Shown: positions 60,383 to 64,000 of the stretch, piece by piece
Layout of the letters: every line of letters begins with the position of its first letter
Position numbering within the stretch: position 1 is the stretch's first letter
Assembly: GCA_903860985.1 (NCBI GenBank)
Contig: CAIOSO010000149.1
Location: 236-64,235 of the forward strand
From: an uncultured Flavobacteriales bacterium
Lineage (GTDB): Bacteria > Bacteroidota > Bacteroidia > Flavobacteriales_D > Crocinitomicaceae
Direction: 5' to 3'
DNA: 64,000 nt
The notes under the pieces: generated by a model
What the model saw: the letters and a program-made list of their open reading frames with translations, nothing else
The model's database searches: none
What the model was told of the DNA's origin: nothing
Made by a program: the position numbers and the translations under genes

Positions 60383-61324
60383 ATGAAAAAATTTTCGCTT
60401 CTTTTCTTGATGGCTTGGTCCACCTACCTTTATACCTCATGTGACCACGTAACAAATCCATATCCACCTCAGGATCTATTGGCGCTTGACACCACATTAT
60501 ACCCAGGAAATTGGACCGATTATGTATCCAATGAATGGCCAACCTTTAACGCTAATACAAATGTGGACCGTAATATCCTTATTGAAGATTACACAGGCCA
60601 TAAATGCATTTTTTGTCCAGCTGCAGCCGATTTGGCTCATCAACTAGAATTAACGCATGCAGAAAGAATATTCGTTTCTTCCATGCACGTTGGTCCATTA
60701 GGAATCGGAGATTTTCAAACAGTAAGTGCTCCTGAATACCCTGTTGATTTTACGAATCCACAATGTGTAGAGATTGGAACCTATTTTGGGTCAAACGATG
60801 GTGGATTCAGCGGAAATCCGAGGGGAACAATCAACCGCTTTCTTTCCGGCGGTAACATTTTCCAAAGTCCAAATGCATGGACCAGCATGGTAAATACGAT
60901 GTTGGCGGAAAACACCATAAAGGTAAATATACAGTCAGCCTTGAATTATTATCCCCAGACCCATGGAGCATTTTTACATGTAGAAGTGGATAAATTAGAT
61001 GCAACATTGACCAATGAATTAGGAATCGTCGCTTACGTATTAGAAGATTCATTAATCGGTGACCAAAAGATGAGTGATAACTCACATAATACAAGTTACA
61101 TACACCGCGATATTCACCGAGGAAACTTGAATGCTCAAGCGTTTGGCAGAGTGCTAGAAGCTGCGGATATGCAAAACGGAAAATACTATGTGAACTACAG
61201 TTTTGTCGTTCCAAATCAATTAGATAACAATTTCAACGCAGCGAATATGCATGTTTTAATTTATGTCTATGATAGAACAACTTGGGAAATATACCAAGTT
61301 GTTCGACAGAACATTATTCCTTAA
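60383..61324 (+). CDS. Omp28-related outer-membrane lipoprotein with a CxxC motif
   Basis: Lipobox LYTSC and EDYTGHKCIFCP thioredoxin-like motif. It starts 1 nt after the previous stop. Confidence 0.6.
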   Translation: MKKFSLLFLMAWSTYLYTSCDHVTNPYPPQDLLALDTTLYPGNWTDYVSNEWPTFNANTNVDRNILIEDYTGHKCIFCPAAADLAHQLELTHAERIFVSSMHVGPLGIGDFQTVSAPEYPVDFTNPQCVEIGTYFGSNDGGFSGNPRGTINRFLSGGNIFQSPNAWTSMVNTMLAENTIKVNIQSALNYYPQTHGAFLHVEVDKLDATLTNELGIVAYVLEDSLIGDQKMSDNSHNTSYIHRDIHRGNLNAQAFGRVLEAADMQNGKYYVNYSFVVPNQLDNNFNAANMHVLIYVYDRTTWEIYQVVRQNIIP

Positions 61325-61345
61325 TCGTAATTTTTCGATATTCCA

Positions 61346-62788
61346 ATGGCGTTAAGACAACACCTTGCTCAAAAACTGGAACAACGGCTCTCTCCTCAAC
61401 AAATACAGTTGATGAAGCTGCTTCAAGTTCCAACCATGGAGTTGGATCAACGCATCAAACAAGAGCTGGAAGAGAATCCTGCACTTGAAGAAGGAAATGA
61501 TGAGTTGGAAGATGAGTTTCAGCAAGAAGACGAGTTTGATGATGCAGATGGGGAGGAAGAGTTTGACTTATCTGATTATTTAGATGACGATGTAGCGGAC
61601 TACAAAACACAAGCGAACAATCAATCCAAGGACGATGAGGAACGAGTGATTCCCTTATCAGGGGAACAGTCTTTTCAAGAAAAATTAACCGAACAATTGC
61701 ATTTATTGTATTTGGAGGATACGCAATTTACCATTGCCGATGTCATCGTAGGAAACTTAGATGAATCGGGATACCTGAATCGAAGTGTCGAAGCCATCGT
61801 TGATGACTTAGCATTCTCCATGAATGTGGACGTAACAGAAAAAGAAGTGCTTCATATCCTACAACTGGTGCAAGAATTAGATCCTGCAGGAGTTGGTGCA
61901 AGAAATCTGCAAGAATGTCTGCTCTTGCAAATCAAACGAAAACAAGACGGGGATATATCGCGTTACACGGCCAAAAAAATCTTGGAAAATCATTTTGAAG
62001 AATTCACCAAAAAACATTACGATAAAATCGCCAAAAAACTGGAGATAGATGATTACGACCTCAAGGATGCCATCGATGAAATCTTAAAATTAAACCCAAA
62101 ACCGGGGGGCTCAATGCGGGAATCTGCAAAAAATTACCAGCAGATTATACCGGACTTTACCTTGTTCGAAAGCGAAGGAAGATTGGAATTAGGGTTGAAT
62201 GGCCGAAATGCGCCAGAATTAAAAGTCAGCCGTGAGTATGAAACGATGCTGCGTTCTTATGCAGAGGGAGCGAAATCATCTAAATCCGATAAGGAAGCTT
62301 TGACGTTCGTTCGTCAAAAATTAGATGGTGCAAAATGGTTTATCGATGCGATTAAACAACGTCAGCAAACACTACTTTTGACAATGGGGGCAATGATGGA
62401 TTATCAAGAAGCATATTTTCTCAGCGGCGACGAAACCAAACTCCGACCAATGATTTTAAAAGACATTGCTGATGTCATAGGCTTAGATATTTCAACCATT
62501 TCACGTGTGGCAAATTCTAAATTTGTACAAACGAATTACGGGATTTTTCCCTTGAAATATTTTTTCTCTGAATCGTTATCGACAGATAGTGGAGAAGAAG
62601 TTTCGACGCGAGAAGTGAAAAAGATTTTAGCGGATGCGATTGAAGCGGAGGACAAACACAATCCCTTAACGGATGAAAAACTGATGGACCTCTTAAATGA
62701 GAAAGGCTATAATATTGCTCGTCGAACAGTAGCGAAATATAGAGAGCAACTGAATATTCCAGTTGCTAGAATGCGAAAAGAACTATAG
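61346..62788 (+). CDS. rpoN: RNA polymerase sigma-54 factor
   Basis: 480 aa. N-terminal LQQRLSPQQIQLMKLLQ region, acidic region II and a C-terminal RpoN box (ARRTVAKYRE). Confidence 0.96.
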   Translation: MALRQHLAQKLEQRLSPQQIQLMKLLQVPTMELDQRIKQELEENPALEEGNDELEDEFQQEDEFDDADGEEEFDLSDYLDDDVADYKTQANNQSKDDEERVIPLSGEQSFQEKLTEQLHLLYLEDTQFTIADVIVGNLDESGYLNRSVEAIVDDLAFSMNVDVTEKEVLHILQLVQELDPAGVGARNLQECLLLQIKRKQDGDISRYTAKKILENHFEEFTKKHYDKIAKKLEIDDYDLKDAIDEILKLNPKPGGSMRESAKNYQQIIPDFTLFESEGRLELGLNGRNAPELKVSREYETMLRSYAEGAKSSKSDKEALTFVRQKLDGAKWFIDAIKQRQQTLLLTMGAMMDYQEAYFLSGDETKLRPMILKDIADVIGLDISTISRVANSKFVQTNYGIFPLKYFFSESLSTDSGEEVSTREVKKILADAIEAEDKHNPLTDEKLMDLLNEKGYNIARRTVAKYREQLNIPVARMRKEL

Positions 62789-62790
62789 AA

Positions 62791-63447
62791 ATGAAAAACA
62801 TATCCTCACACATTCTCTCTTGGGTGTTTCTACCCCTTTTCATGCCAACGTATGGAATCTTATTGGCTATGTATATTCCATCTGTTCCGAAAGACCTTTC
62901 TCATGTGTCTATGTACTTCCTGGCTCCAGAAATGAAAACAAGGCTTCTGCTTCTTTTTTTCTTGTTTAGTGCAGTAGCTCCAGGACTCTCGTTTTTGGCC
63001 TTGCATCAAAAAAAAGTGATCACCAGCATCGACATTGAAAATCAACGCGAACGAAGTATTCCATTGCTCGTGATGATGGCGTATTCCATGGTTTTATTTT
63101 TATTGTTCTTTGTGAAAGCACCCGATGCTGCACTGCCCATCGCATTCTATGCGTTACCATTGTCTGGATTTATTGTGACAGCGCTTTTCATGGGAATAAA
63201 TAGGTGGATAAAAATATCCTTGCACGCGGGCGGCGCTGGGATTTTGGTTGGATTTCTTTTTGCTTTTTTCCTTGAACAACAATCCTTTGCTAGTTGGATT
63301 TTACCCGCGGCCATCCTTGTTTCGGGCTTAACGATTTCAGCGCGTTTATTTTTAAATAAGCACCGCCCGATAGAAGTTTATACAGGCTGGACTTTTGCCG
63401 TACTCATTACCTTTTTCACCCACTTTATTTATTTAAAATGTTCCTGA
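62791..63447 (+). CDS. Polytopic membrane protein (6 TM); weak PAP2-like C-terminal motifs
   Basis: 218 aa, hydrophobic. SLHAGG and SARLFLNKHRPIEV loosely resemble PAP2 motifs C2/C3. Not confirmed. Confidence 0.55.
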   Translation: MKNISSHILSWVFLPLFMPTYGILLAMYIPSVPKDLSHVSMYFLAPEMKTRLLLLFFLFSAVAPGLSFLALHQKKVITSIDIENQRERSIPLLVMMAYSMVLFLLFFVKAPDAALPIAFYALPLSGFIVTALFMGINRWIKISLHAGGAGILVGFLFAFFLEQQSFASWILPAAILVSGLTISARLFLNKHRPIEVYTGWTFAVLITFFTHFIYLKCS

Positions 63448-64000
63448 AACTTTCTTATTCTCTCATTGCGTCATGCTGTGTCCTTTTGTTTTCCTGTGCG
63501 GATTTGAAAAAGGATGAACAATTAACTCGAATCTCCAAATTGGAGAAAACGTTGGCGACGATTGAACATGAACGCGTGAAAAACCAGATCGATACGTTAA
63601 CAGCGTTAAAAATATCTACGAATGCTGTGGAAATACGCATCAAGACCTATTTGGTTTTAGACACGATTGATTTGGTCTTAGGTAAAAAAATGGATGCCTA
63701 CAAAATCATGAGGAGAAACTTTAAGCCTTTAGGGAAACAGAATAGCCAGCTTAAATCCGCCATACGCGAAGAACGCAAAACGTTAAAGGATTTAAGAGTG
63801 GACATCGAAAATGGTTCCGGGAGCAGGGATAAATACGAATCCTATATTTTGTTCGAAAAAAACAAAATCAACCAATTAAAAGTCTTACTTGAAGAGCACC
63901 TTAGATTAAAAGAAGAAACGATTCACACGTATCATGCATTACATGATGAATTGAATCAGTTATCTTTAGCCTTATTAAGGAAAAACAACTTAAGCCATCC
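63438..64000 (+). CDS. Coiled-coil lipoprotein, 3'-truncated by the window edge
   Basis: Hand translation from the ATG at 63438: MFLKLSYSLIASCCVLLFSCADLKKDEQL... It stays open to 64000 with no stop. It is not in the ORF track because the stop is missing. Lipobox LFSC. Confidence 0.6.
   Translation, partial: MFLKLSYSLIASCCVLLFSCADLKKDEQLTRISKLEKTLATIEHERVKNQIDTLTALKISTNAVEIRIKTYLVLDTIDLVLGKKMDAYKIMRRNFKPLGKQNSQLKSAIREERKTLKDLRVDIENGSGSRDKYESYILFEKNKINQLKVLLEEHLRLKEETIHTYHALHDELNQLSLALLRKNNLSH

Overview
This 64-kb window is an AT-rich, gene-dense chromosomal segment that looks like Bacteroidota, probably Flavobacteriia-like. Support for that: T9SS type A and type B C-terminal sorting domains, many exact TAnnTTTG -7 promoter boxes just upstream of start codons, no obvious Shine-Dalgarno sites, and lipoprotein-rich envelope genes. 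About 58 protein genes and 2 tRNAs are supported, and almost all are core housekeeping. They include rpiB, icd, fumC, polA, rseP, hemL, purN, purH, acpP-fabF-rnc, sdhCAB, ispD, mreB, nrdBA, lepA, hflX, rnr and rpoN. Scattered metabolic genes are also present: tryptophan 2,3-dioxygenase and kynureninase, a PaaZ-type enzyme, and the tail of a carotenoid operon. I found no transposase, integrase, phage, CRISPR or recognisable defence genes, so this reads as an ordinary core region rather than an accessory island. The points most worth a second look are: (1) three tandem 70-nt repeats that start inside the last codons of nrdA and fill its 3' UTR; (2) polA split by one extra A in an A8 run; (3) an ECF sigma factor cotranscribed with an anti-sigma-like membrane protein that ends in a T9SS type B sorting domain; (4) a TlpA / beta-barrel / CxxC-lipoprotein operon that could be an envelope redox relay; (5) a 457-bp palindrome-rich region upstream of nrdB. 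All product calls come from reading the translated ORFs from memory of the families. No database search was run.
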